Shown here: positions 23,167 through 36,636 of the stretch, one piece after another | Layout: every line of letters begins with the position of its first letter | How positions within the stretch are numbered: the first letter of the stretch is position 1 | Assembly (NCBI RefSeq): GCF_022045235.1 | Contig: NW_027266266.1 | Coordinates: forward strand, 20,274,001-20,338,000 | Source of the DNA: Haliotis cracherodii | Lineage: Eukaryota | Direction: 5' to 3' | Length of the DNA stretch: 64,000 bases | Position numbers and translations under genes: made by a program | The notes under the pieces: model-generated | Databases searched by the model: none | What the model saw: the letters and a program-made list of their open reading frames with translations, nothing else | Told to the model about the DNA's origin: nothing

Positions 23167-26062
23167 TTATATGGACTAAAAAAGTATATATTTTGAGCTC
23201 AGCAATTTATTTGTTTGAACAAACCTGAGGACAATTATTACCCCCACCCCAAATTCAAACATTGTGTTTAAAAGAGGGATGGTAAGAACATGAATAGGGA
23301 TGTATCAGGAAAGTTTTCAAAGAGAAGTCCTAACTCAGTAGACTATGGGCCATAAGACCTGGACATGATTTTCATCACCTGTCTCCCGGGTCTTGAAACA
23401 AAAATGTATTGTTTCTGCTCTTGATGCTGATTTTGTGGAACATCACAGGCCATGTTATTATGGTTGCTTGGTAACAGCATGCTATGAAGTACTCAAACGA
23501 TTTCTTACCTAAACATTGAATTGAATAAGGTGAAACAAGTCAATAATATACTGGTATACTATATATCTGCATAACTAATTACAGTTGACAGGATAATTAT
23601 GATAATAATTTGTGTACTGTACCATCCAAATACAATTCTGAAATATATAGGAAATATTTCTTCCTTGCTAATTATTTCCTAGCTTTCATAACTCATAAAT
23701 AAATTGATACAATCTTTGTGATGGTCATGACAATAATATGGTTGACACTAACTTGAGACTGACTTATTTAAGATTTTGGCAGTGAGGAAGAAACACAAAC
23801 TAAACCAGCCATCCTTCCTGAGAACCATGATGTCCCGTGTCATCTGAGTGGTCAAAAGAGTCTTCACCTCCAGCAACAATGTTGAAAGCTTTCCTTGGAA
23901 CAAGTTCCAGGATATTTTGTTGGATTCATTAACTTTTGTCTTGTTAATTATTTCCATATGGTTTCAGGTGATATAAATAAATGTTTTTGTTGTTCAAACT
24001 GTTGTTTGCTGTTATATTTTATCAATGTAAGTGCCTCCTATAATTATCAAAAGCCTGAATAGCATCCTAAAACCATGCTAAAGTATTCTGGTTCTTGTCT
24101 GGCAGTAAGTCTAGGTTAGATCTAATAACCAAATAGGTTTACACATGAGGTATAGATTAGCTCATCTTTTTTATATTGTATGCACAATCATTGACGTTTT
24201 TTTCTAAAATAACATCAAGAATGAATAGTTTATGCTTCGAAAAACTTGAAGCTTCTGCCATAGCTATCACAATTGACAATCGTCCCATTTAACATTTTAT
24301 TGAAAAAAGTCCAACTATTCTTTTGCCATACTTAGTACTGTTGATTTTTTGTTTCGTTTGTTCTTTAACGCCGCACTCACCAATATTCCAGCTATATGAC
24401 GTAAGGTATATGACGTATGTAAATAATCGTGTCTGGACAAGACAATCCAGTGTTGACATCATGAGCAACGATCAACGCTTTTGGCATAAAAAGACATGCA
24501 TCAACCATGAAAGCTTGTTTGTATGTTTGTTGTTTAACGCCGCACTCAGCAATATTCCAGCTATATGACGGCCGTCTGCAAATAATCGAGTCCACAGGAC
24601 TAGTGCCAATTTCTAACGCTGGCTATATCAGACAAGTAGGCAATATCAACTCCTACTAAAATGAACTGAAAGGCAAAAGAAAGTAGCCACCAATTTCGAG
24701 GACTAATAAAGTAAAGATTTCATTCGGTAAATATAAACCTGTTTAATTCATAGACAAAACAGGCTCTTACAGGATCACATGACCAATTTTGTGTCACAAG
24801 CCACAATCTGTGACTGTTTCATTGAAGGTGAGGGGGGCACGGGTGGCCAGTTATAGTAGATATAACTGGAATACTGTTAAAAGCGGCCCCACTCACTCAC
24901 TCTGCCTGTCTTAGACAGTCTATCAGCATCTTTAATATAAAGGGTAAAGTCTGTGAAAGTGACCTTCACATCCTCTACATTATCCAACCAAGTTTCAGTT
25001 ACACCAATTATATCAAATTTGTTCACATATTTGACAAACTTATTATCTGTTAACTCATATATTATGCCTGAGACATTCCAGAAGAGAAAGTTAATGAAGC
25101 TATTATTACTGTCGCTTCTCTCCCTTGATGGGTTCTCTTGATGAGCAGTAAAATCAGCGTATAGGCCCTGGCCACACCCTTAGCTCTGTCCCCCTACTGC
25201 TGGCCTGTGTGACCTCGAGCGCGTATCCCGTCTCTCATCCTTACGTTCCCATCCATCAAGCTCTCTCTCTCTCTCTCGCCCCCAAATGTGCTTTCCTGTG
25301 CAGCTTCATCTTTTCTAGTATCTCTCTCTCCTCTCCTCTCCTCCCAATTTCGAGGACTAATAAAGTAAAGATTTCATTCGGTAAATATAAACCTGTTTAA
25401 TTCATAGACAAAACAGGCTCTTACAGGATCACATGACCAATTTTGTGTCATAAGCCACAATCTGTCACTGTTTCATTGAAGGTGAGGGGGCACGGGTGGC
25501 CCAGTCGTCTAAGGCGCCGCGATTCGCTGAGCAGAGTTGCGTCCCTTGGGCACGCCAGAAACCTATGATTGTGGGTTCGAATCCCGGTTCGCCCTGATTA
25601 TGTTTCTAGGTTTGTCAGCACCATACCCGTGCTTTTGGGTTTCACCGAAGTGGTTAACGTCTGAGACCTGCATCACTTTGGGCTTTCCTCCCACATTAAG
25701 CTGACACGCCGTGATATAAATGGAATACTGTTAAAAGCGGCGTTAAACCCAACTCACTCACTCATTGAAGGGGATGAAAGATGGCTGGATCTTGAACAGA
25801 AGTTCAACAAAAACAACCGAGTAGTAGTTTTAAGCTCAACAATGTCATCTTCTCCAAAATCAGACTTCGTTCCTGTTCTGGCTCCGCCACAATTAACAAT
25901 AGCATCTCTTAATTCTGATAAAATGTCCAACAAACTGTTTGGAAATATAGGGGTGCCACTTTTACAATCAACAGATAAAATGTAATAGGAGCTAGATCCC
26001 TCAGGATGGATATATACACATGCATATTATACGTCAGATTGACGGCCGAGCTAGGAATTATC

Positions 26063-26097
<35 letters not shown>

Positions 26098-27446
26098 TTC
26101 CGTTATTTTACACTGTTTTATAATATATTTCTGTAGTTGCTTCTTTACAAGTACTATTATCCAACCTGAAATTCTGCCTGTCTTAGGGGGCACGGGTGGC
26201 CCAGTCGTCAAAGGCGCAGCGATTCACTGTGCAGAGTTGCGTCCCTTGACCTGCATCACTTCGGGTTTTCCTCCCACATTAAACTGACATGCCGCGATAA
26301 AACTTGAATACTGTTAAAAGCTTCGTCAAACCCAACTCACAATCACTCACTCACTCACTTAGAAGTTGACGGATGACAATGTAGACACAATTTATGGATA
26401 ACAACTTCTTTATTTTACTGTAACATCGACGTTTCGGTATAGATCCATGGTACAAAATATATATAGAATTAGACGGTGGAGGATTAACAGAAACAAACAG
26501 TTGCATACATGAGAGAGATTGACATGAGTAGGTTAAATAATAACAGAAGGATAAAACAGTAACAAAATGATGGACAGAGAACACATGACGAGGAAGCCAA
26601 TGATACAGGAAGCCAATTAAACAGGATAAGTATACATAGGAGGGGTCGTTATTGTTTAATGAGTTCACAGTAGGCGGATAGGATGAAATGACCTTGATGG
26701 TTTGTGGCGGCGAATGTGGACTGTTTCTCTTAGTTTGCTTTTTGTGAAGTCCTGGAGGTTGTTGGAGAGGATATGGACGGTCCATGTTGTGATTTGGGCA
26801 GTTGCTGATATGGTCCGAATGCCTGATTTACTGTCGATTTGATGGTTGAAGTTTTGTTCTCTTTGATTCTGGTGTTGATGGGGCGGGATGTTTCACCTAC
26901 AAGGGATTGACCCATATCATCAGCCGCCTCCTCAAACAGTAACCCAATATTGACCCCGACTTCGCCAGATCCACCTCCCTCAGTTCTCTAAGAAGGGACA
27001 ACGGCAGAAACACAACTAAACGCCAAGAACCTAAAGGTGTAGTTTATAAAATTGGCTGTAACTGGACAATTCTATATGGGGAAAACATTCCGCCCTATAA
27101 CCGTTTGCATTCATCTAGCACCCCCACATTTCCAAAAAGAATACACGAAACACAGATTCCATAATTGTAGCCTTTTCCTGTTCACAAATCCTAAAGTGGA
27201 CACTCATATATTAAGTCGACTATGAATTAATTAGTCAGAATATCAAATAAACGCAACACCACATCAAATTAGTGGTATTAACTTATACTTTGAAACTGAG
27301 AGTTATCTCCCTTCCGTTTGTGCCGCTCGTTGCCAAGCTACCGATATCAGCAAAACGACGCCATTTTATGTTGCCGCATCTGCTGTCTCTTTGTTCTCAA
27401 TCTATAACCTGCCTTGGATTTTGTGCATCACTTGAGTTTTTTAAAC

Positions 27447-28402
27447 ATGCAGTCAAGTAGCTGTGTTCAAGGTACCAATGTGTCACAGTTTTATGTTGAT
27501 TACGTTTCACCGTGTGGTTATATAATCGGTTACCGTCAGGTTGATGCCAAGGTCTCATCACTAAAGTCTATAACTAGGCCTATAGAAATCTGAACGTACT
27601 TCAACGTTTCTCAAGATATGCTAAACCCGTTTCCTCGCATTTTATATTTCTTCTATGTACTTCAATTTCTTCAATGGCCAATGCTTACATAAATAGTGAT
27701 TTTGTCCTGCCCCAGGTGAACAGCCCACTAACAAATAGAAGGAATTAATAAATACAACTGACACGAACGTGTATAGATATATATGGGCCTACCGGTATAT
27801 GGTATATACTTACAAGATTACGTTTTTAATAACTTTACAGTGTAAATAAGCGTGTACATGTTTTATTTATTTTCACCTTTCCCCCACACAGAGAGGATGT
27901 TTCACCCGGCTTTCACCCCTGCTGCCACTCCTGTCCCACGTCGAGTAGGTGTGCTAGGGTTGTAGAATATAACCACCTTTTACAACAGATCCTTGTCTAA
28001 ATCTCAGTGTGTCTAAGTGTTGATGTTCCATAACCTACTGTATTACTACTTTTTTAACTAAAGATACACCGCACCCTACCTATCACTAGTATCAGTATCA
28101 CGTTTGTCTCATCATTTCTCTCTTTCCACTTCCCTCCCCACCAGCGTCCTTGTGTGTACCACCCTGAACCCCTGTCCACCCTCCCCACCTCCTACACCTC
28201 TGTCCCCGACCCAGCCCCTGTCTCTGTTTCTGTCAACATCACCGGCCATGTCATTATGGTTGACACCGACTTTGTGGAGATCGATCTCGGCCGTGAGGAA
28301 GACACACAACCCCTCCCACCCCAGTCCTTCCTGAGAGCCTTGCTGTCCCGCTTCATCCGTCTGATCAAGAGAGTCTTCACCTCCAACAAAAACGACGCTT
28401 AA
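27447..28402 (+). CDS. Novel 3-exon small protein, copy 4 (111 aa)
   Basis: Exons 27447-27471, 27892-27944, 28145-28402; GT-AG introns, open frame. Confidence 0.7.
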
Positions 28403-28807
28403 AGTGACATTTTTCTAACAATCTGAGAAGTCACCTTTCCTTTTTTTTGTATGGACACTTTGGCAAATTAGTTATCATTCCCATTTGGTTGTTCTTTCAT
28501 TAGCATGATTAGTAAATTTTGTTGTTGTCAAAATTGTTGTTGGTTGCTTTATTCTATTATTAGTGTAGGAGCCTCCTTACGTATGGAACAAACTCAAACC
28601 TAACCTTAAGCTACAAATAACATTACAGAATTCTGATTCTACGTTTGTAGATCTCCTCAAGTCTGTGACAACTTGGCGAATATTGTATGCAATAGTTAAA
28701 TATTATACTACAACAATAGGTTTCACAAGTTGCTCATGTTAGAAATCGAACCTTGGTCAGGGTGTGACAAGCAAACACTAACTGCTGTGCCACCCTTCAG
28801 TCAATCT

Positions 28808-28871
<64 letters not shown>

Positions 28872-31418
28872 TTATATGGACTAAAAAAGTATATATTTTG
28901 AGCTCAGCAATTTATTTGTTTGAACAAACCTGAGGACAATTATTACCCCCACCCGAAATTCAAACATTGTGTTTAAAAGAGGGATGGTAAGAACATGAAT
29001 AGGGATGTATCAGGAAAGTTTTCAAAGAGAAGTCCTGACTCAGTAGACTATGGGCCATAAGACCTGGACATGATTTTCATCACCTGTCTCCCGGGTCTTG
29101 AAACAAAAATGTATTGTTTCCGCTCTTGATGCTGATTTTGTGGAACATCACAGGCCATGTTATTATGGTTGCTTGGTAACAGCATGCTATGAAGTTCTCA
29201 AACGATTTCTTACCTAAACATTGAATTGAATAAGGTGAAACAAGTCAATTATATACTGGTATACTATATATCTGCATAACTAATTACAGTTTACAGGATA
29301 ATTATGATAATAATTTGTGTACTGTACCATCCAAATACAATTCTGAAATATATAGGAAATATTTCTTCCTTGCTAATTATTTCCTAGCTTTCATAACTCA
29401 TAAATAAATTGATACAATCTTTGTGATGGTCATGACAATAATATGGTTGACACTAACTTGAGACTGACTTATTTAAGATTTTGGCAGTGAGGAAGAAACA
29501 CAAACTAAACCAGCCATCCTTCCTGAGAACCATGATGTCCTGTGTCATCTGAGTGGTCAAAAGAGTCTTCACCTCCAGCAACAATGTTGAAAGCTTTCCT
29601 TGGAACAAGTTCCAGGATATTTTGTTGGATTCATTAACTTTTCGTCATGTAAATTATTTCCATATGGTTTCAGGTGATATAAATAAATGTTTTTGTTGTT
29701 CAAACTGTTGTTTGCTGTTATATTTTATCAATGTAAGTGCCTCCTATAATTATCAAAAGCGTGAATAGCATCCTAAAACCATGCTAAAGAATTCTGGTTC
29801 TTGTCTGGCAGTAAGTCTGGGTTAGATCTAATAACCAAATAGGTTTACACATGAGGTATAGATTAGCTCATCTTTTTTATATTGTATGCACAATCATTGA
29901 CGTTTTTTTCTGAAATAACATCAAGAATGAATTCCGCCACTGTGGACAGGGACGATTTTGAAATGACTAAAGTGCTTGACAGTTAACAAACCTAGTCTGA
30001 CTGTAGCTATTGAATCACAGCTCTCTATTAAAAGAATGCGACCAGACCATCATGACACTTCTAATGGATGTCTACATTAAAGAAGGTTCGTCGCCATTTC
30101 AAATGAACCCTGTAGGAAACTAGGAATTCCACAGAGTAGAAAAGGTCCTTGGTATCCATTGCTGGCCACAAGAGCCAAAAACAAGATTCTTGCTCATGCT
30201 TTCAGTCACTGATTTGTGTGATAATGACTTGATATCATATACAAGCCGGCGTGATACAGCTTACTTCCGTGTGGTCACAGATATCAATGTATATTTTCAG
30301 TTTATGAGAGCAAATAAAATGAGACAATTGCAACACTGTTCAACCTCAATAGTTTATGCTTCGAAAAACTTGAAGCTTCTGCCATAGCTATCACAATTGA
30401 CAATTGTCCCATTTAACATTTTATTGAAAAAAGTCCAACTATTCTTTTGCCATACTTAGTACTGTTGATTTTTTGTTTCGTTTGTTCTTTAACGCCGCAC
30501 TCACCAATATTCCAGCTATATGACGTAAGGTATATGACGTATGTAAATAATCGTGTCTGGACAAGACAATCCAGTGTTGACATCATGAGCAACGATCAAC
30601 GCTTTTGGCATAAAAAGACATGCATCAACCAAGTCAGCAATCCTGACCAACCGATCCTCGTTAGTTGCCTCTTGAAAGCTTGTTTGTTTGTTTGTTGTTT
30701 AACGCCGCACTCAGCAATATTCCAGCTATATGACGGCCGTCTGCAAATAATCGAGTCCACAGGACTAGTGCCAATTTTTAACGCTGGGTATATCAGACAA
30801 GTAGGCAATATCAACTCCTACTAAAATGAACTGAAAGGCAAAAGAAAGTAGCCACCAATTTCGAGGACTAATAAAGTAAAGATTTCATTCGGTAAATATA
30901 AACCTGTTTAATTCATAGACAAAACAGGCTCTTACAGGATCACATGACCAATTTTGTGTCACAAGCCACAATCTGTGACTGTTTCATTGAAGGTGAGGGG
31001 GGCACGGGTGGCCAGTTATAGTAGATATAACTGGAATACTGTTAAAAGCGGCCCCACTCACTCACTCTGCCTGTCTTAGACAGTCTATCAGCATCTTTAA
31101 TATAAAGGGTAAAGTCTGTGAAAGTAACCTTCACATCCTCTACATTATCCAACCAAGTTTCGGTTACACCAATTATATCAAATTTGTTCACATATTTGAC
31201 AAACTCATTATCTGTTAACTCATATATTATGCCTGAGACATTCCAGAAGAGAAAGTTAATGAAGCTATTATTACTGTCGCTTCTCTCCCTTGATGGGTTC
31301 TCTTGAGCAGTAAAATCAGCGTATAGGCCCTGGCCACACCCTTAGCTCTGTCCCCCTACTGCTGGCCTGTGTGACCTCGAGCGCGTATCCCGTCTCTCAT
31401 CCTTACGTTCCCATCCAT

Positions 31419-31459
<41 letters not shown>

Positions 31460-33670
31460 CCCCAAATGTGCTTTCTTGTGCAGCGTCATCTTTTCTAGTA
31501 TCTCTCTCTCCTCTTCTCTCCTCCCAATTTCGAGGACTAATAAAGTAAAGATTTCATTCAGTAAATATAAACCTGTTTAATTGATAGACAAAACAGGCTC
31601 TTACCGGATCACATGACCAATTTTGTGTCACAAGCCACAATCTGTCACTGTTTCATTGAAGGTGAGGGGTGCACGGGTGGCCCAGTCGCCTAGATTCGCT
31701 GTGCAGAGTTGCGTCCCTTGGGCACGCCAGAAACCTATGATTGTGGGTTCGAATCCCGGTTCGCCCCGATTATGTTTCTAGGTTTGTCAGCACCATACCC
31801 GTGCTTTTGGGTTTCACCGAAGTGGTTAACGTCTGAGACCTGCATCACTTCGGGTTTTCCTCCCACATTAAGCTGACACGCCGTGATATAAATGGAATAC
31901 TGTTAAAAGCGGCGTTAAACCCAACTCACTCACTCATTGAAGGGGATGAAAGATGGCTGGATCTTGAACAGAAGTTCAACAAAAACAACCGAGTAGTAGT
32001 TTTAAGCTCAACAATGTCATCTTCTCCAAAATCAGACTTCGTCCCTGTTCTGGCTTTATAGTCTCCGCCACAATTAACAATAGCATCTCTTAATTCTGAT
32101 AAAATGTCCAACAAACTGTTTGGAAATATAGGGGTGCCACTTTTACAATCAATAGATAAAATGTAATAGGAGCTAGATCCCTCAGGATGGATATATACAC
32201 ATGCATATAATACGCCAGATTGACGTCCGAGCTAGGAATTATCAATACACACACACACACACACGAACACACACGAACACACACACACACGAACACACAC
32301 ACACACACACACACACACTTTTCCGTTATTTTACACCGTTTTATGATATATTTCTGTAGTTGCTTCTTTACAAATACTATTATCCAACCTGAAATTCTGC
32401 CTGTCTTAGGGGGCACGGGTGGCCCAGTCGTCAAAGGCGCCGCGATTCGCTGTGCAGAGTTGCGTCCCTTGACCTGCATCACTTCGGGTTTTCCTCCCAC
32501 ATTAAGCTGACATGCCGCGATAAAACTGGAATATTGTTAAAAGCTTCGTCAAACCCAACTCACAATCACTCACTCACTCACTTAGAAGTTGACGGATGAC
32601 AATGTAGACACAATTTATGGATAACAACTTCTTTATTTTACTGTAACATCGACGTTTCGGTATAGATCCATGGTACAAAATATATATAGAATTAGAAGGT
32701 GGAAGATTAACAGAAACAAACAGTTGCATACATGAGAGAGATTGACATGAGTAGGTTAAATAATAACAGAAGGATAAAACAGTAACAAAATGATGGACAG
32801 AGAACACATGACGAGGAAGCCAATGAGACAGGAAGCCAATTAAACAGGATAAGTATACATAGGAGGGGTCACTATTGTTTAATGAGTTCACAGTAGGCGG
32901 ATAGGATGGAATGACCTTGATGGTTGTGGCGGCTAATTAGGACTGTTTCTCTTTGTTTGCTTTTTGTGAAGTCCTGGAGTTGTTGGAGAGGATTTGGGCG
33001 GTTCATGTTGTGATTAGAGCAGTTGCTGATATGGTCCGAATGGCTGATTTACTGTCGGATTTGATGGTTGAAGTTTTGTGCTCTTTGATTCTGGTGTTGA
33101 TGGGGCGGGATGTTTCACCTACAAGGGATTGCCCCATATCATCAGCCGCCTTCTCAAACAGCAACCCAATATAGACCCCGACTTCGCCAGATCCACCTCC
33201 CTCAATTCTCTAAGAAGGGACAACGGCAGAAACACAACTTAACGCCAAGAACCTAAAGGTGTAGTTTATAAAATTGACTGTAACTGGACAATTCTATGAA
33301 GGGAAAAGATCCCGCCCTATAACCGTTTGCATTCATCTAGCACCACCACATTTCCAAAAAGAATACACTAAAAAAAGATTAAATAATTGTAGCCTTTTTC
33401 TGTTCACAAATCCTAAAGTGGACACTCATATATTAAGTCGACTATGAATTAATTAGTCATAGAATATCAAATACACGTAACGCCACATCAAATTAGCGGT
33501 ATTAACTTTCAATTTGATACTGAGAGTTATCTCCCTTCCGTTTGTGCCGCTCGTTGCCAAGCTACTGATATCAGCAAAACGACGCCATTTTATGTTGCCG
33601 CATCTGCTGTCTCTTTGTTCTGAATCTATAACCTGCCTTGGATTTTGAGCATCGCTTGAGTTTTTTAAAC

Positions 33671-34618
33671 ATGCAGTCAAGTAGCTGTGTTCAAGGTACC
33701 AATGTGTCACAGTTTTATGATGATTACGTTTCACCTTGTGGTTATGTAATCGGTTACCGTCAGGTTGATGCCAAGGTCTCATCACTAAGCTCTCTAACAA
33801 GGACTATAGAACGTACTTCAACGATTCTCAAGATATACTAAACCCGTTTCCTCGCATTTTATGTTTCTTCTATGTACTTCAATTTCTTCAATGGCCAATG
33901 CTTACATAAATAGTGATTTCGTTCTGCCCCAGGTGAAAAGCCCACTAACGAATAGAACAAAATAAATAAATACAACTTACACCAACATGTATAGATTTAT
34001 ATATATAGACCTATATGGTATATACTTACAAGATTACGTTTTTAATAACTTTACAGTGTAAATAAGAGTGTACATGTCTTATTTATTTTCACTTCTCCCC
34101 CTCACAGATAGGATGTTTCACCAGACTTTCACCCCTGCTGCCACTCCTGTCCCACGTCGAGTAGGTGTGCTAGGGTTGTAGAATATAACCAACTTTTACA
34201 AAATATCCTTGTCTAAATCTCAGTGTGTCTAAGTGTTGATGTTCCGTAACCTACTGTATTACCACTTTCCTAACTAAAGATACACCGCACCCTACCTATC
34301 ACTAGTATCAGTATCACGTTTGTCTCATCATTTCTCTCTTTCCACTTCCCTCCCCACCAGCGCCCTTGTGTGTACCACCCTGAACCCCTGTCCACCCTCC
34401 CCACCTCCTACACCTCTGTCCCCGACCCAGCCCCTGTCTCTGTTTCTGTCAACATCACCGGCCACGTCATTATGGTTGACACTGACTTTGTGGAGATAGA
34501 TCTCGGCCGTGAGGAAGACACACAACCCTTCCCACCCCAGTCCTTCCTGAGAGCCTTGCTGTCCCGCTTCATCCGTCTGATCAAGAGAGTCTTCACCTCC
34601 AACAAAAACGACGCTTAA
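33671..34618 (+). CDS. Novel 3-exon small protein, copy 5 (111 aa)
   Basis: Exons 33671-33695, 34108-34160, 34361-34618; GT-AG introns, open frame. Confidence 0.7.
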
Positions 34619-35092
34619 AGTGACATTTTTGTAACAATCTGAGAAGTCACCTTTCCTTTATTTTGTATGGACACTTTGGCAAATTAGTTATCATTCTCAT
34701 TTGGTTGTTCTTTCATTAGGATGATTAGTAAATTTTGTTATGTTGTTCAAATTGTTGTTGGTTGTTTTATTCTATTATTAGTGTAGGAGCCTCCTTACGT
34801 ATGGAACAAACTCAAACATAACCTAAAGCTTCGAGTCACATTACACAATTCCACATTCTGATTCTACTTTTGTAGATCTCCTTAAGTCTGTGACAACTTG
34901 GCGAATATCGTATGCAATAGTTAAATATCGTAGTCCAATGATAGGTTTCACAAATTACTCATGTTAGAAATCGAACCTTGATCAGGGTGTGACAAGCGAA
35001 CACTAACTGCTGTGCCACTCTTCAGCCAATCTGTTTTCAGATTTGCCAGTTGAAATGATCAAATTTAATAGAACACTCAATAATAACCCCTC

Positions 35093-35138
<46 letters not shown>

Positions 35139-36243
35139 TATATATATATATGGAATAATAAAATATATAATGCGAGCTCAGTAATTTATTTGAGGACAAT
35201 TATTTCCCCGAAGAAACTTCGAACATTGTGTTTAAAAGAGGGATGGTAAGAACATGAATAGGGATGTATCAGGAAAGTTTTTGAAGAGAAGTCCTAACTC
35301 AGTAGACTATGGGCCATAAGACCTGGACATGATTTTCAGCACCTGTCTCCCTGGTCTTGAAACAAAAATGTATTTAATGTGCTCTTGATGCTGATTTTGT
35401 GGAACATCACAGGCCATGTTATTATGGTTGCTCGGTAACAGCATGCTATGAAGTTCCCAAACGATTTCTTACCAAAACATTGAATTGAATAAGGTGAAAG
35501 ATGTCAATAATATACTGGTATACTATATATCTGCAGAACTAATTACAGTTTACAGGATAATTATGATAATAATTTGTGTACTGTACCATTCAAATACAAT
35601 TCGGAAATATATAGGAAATATTTCTTCCTTGCTAATTATTTCCTAGCTTTCATAACTCATAAATAAATTGATACAATCTTTGTGATGGTCATGACAATAA
35701 TATGGTTGACACTAACTTGACTGACGTATTTGAGATTTTGGCAGTGAGGAAGAAACACAAATCCTCCCAGCCATCCTTCCTGAGAGCCATGATGTCCCGT
35801 GTCATCCGAGAGGTCAAAAGAGTCTTCACCTCCAGCAACAATGTTTAAAGCTTTCCTTGGAACAAGTTCCAGGATATTTTGTTGGATTCATTTACTTTTC
35901 ATCTTGTTAATTATTTCCATATGGTTTCAGTTGTATAAATAAATGTTTTTGTTGTTCAAACTGTTGTTTGCTGTTATATTTTATCAATGTAAGTGCCTCC
36001 TATAATTATCAAAAGCGTGAATAACATCCTAAAACGATGCTACAGAACTCTGGTTCTTGTCTGGCAGTAAGTCTAAGTTAGATCTAATAACCAAATAGGT
36101 TAATACATCATGAGGTATAAATTAGCGCATCTTTTTATTATATTGTATGCACAATCATTGACGTTTTTTTATGAAATAACACCAAGAATGAATTCAGCCT
36201 CTGAGGACAGGGATGATTTTGAAATGACTAAAGTGCTTGACAA

Positions 36244-36636
36244 TAGGGCTGGGACGAGTCCAAATTTACTACCCGGGTACCCACCCCCCTATAACCCGAC
36301 CCTACCCGGGTACCCACTGTAAGTCTCAGGAGATGTCACAAAATGTCCGAATCAGAACATTTTCAGCATAGCCCTGGCAAAACGTATTAAGATACATTTA
36401 TTGAACAATCTGGTCATTCATACACTAAAGTTTTAACTTTATTCAACCATATGAAAAATCAGAAGGAATGGGTTCATAATCAGAAAGAAATGCTAACATT
36501 AGTGACTTTTAGTGTAACCATAGATAATTTTTTCATGAAACAATATATCACATGACTAACCACGGGTCCGGGTAGTCCTGTGGGTACCCGGATCCTACTC
36601 AGTACCCACCTGACCCGGGTACTCGTCCCAGCCCTA
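36244..36636. mobile_element. hAT-type MITE (393 bp)
   Basis: 16-bp TIR TAGGGCTGGGACGAGT, 8-bp TSD CTTGACAA, subterminal ACCCGGGTAC repeats. Confidence 0.9.

Noticed and set aside
30001-31300. Sequence repeats positions 1-1300 at an offset of exactly 30,000 bp
   Set aside because: The copies differ by scattered SNPs and fall out of register after about 31,305, so this is most likely a coincidence of unit lengths rather than an artefact or a true period.
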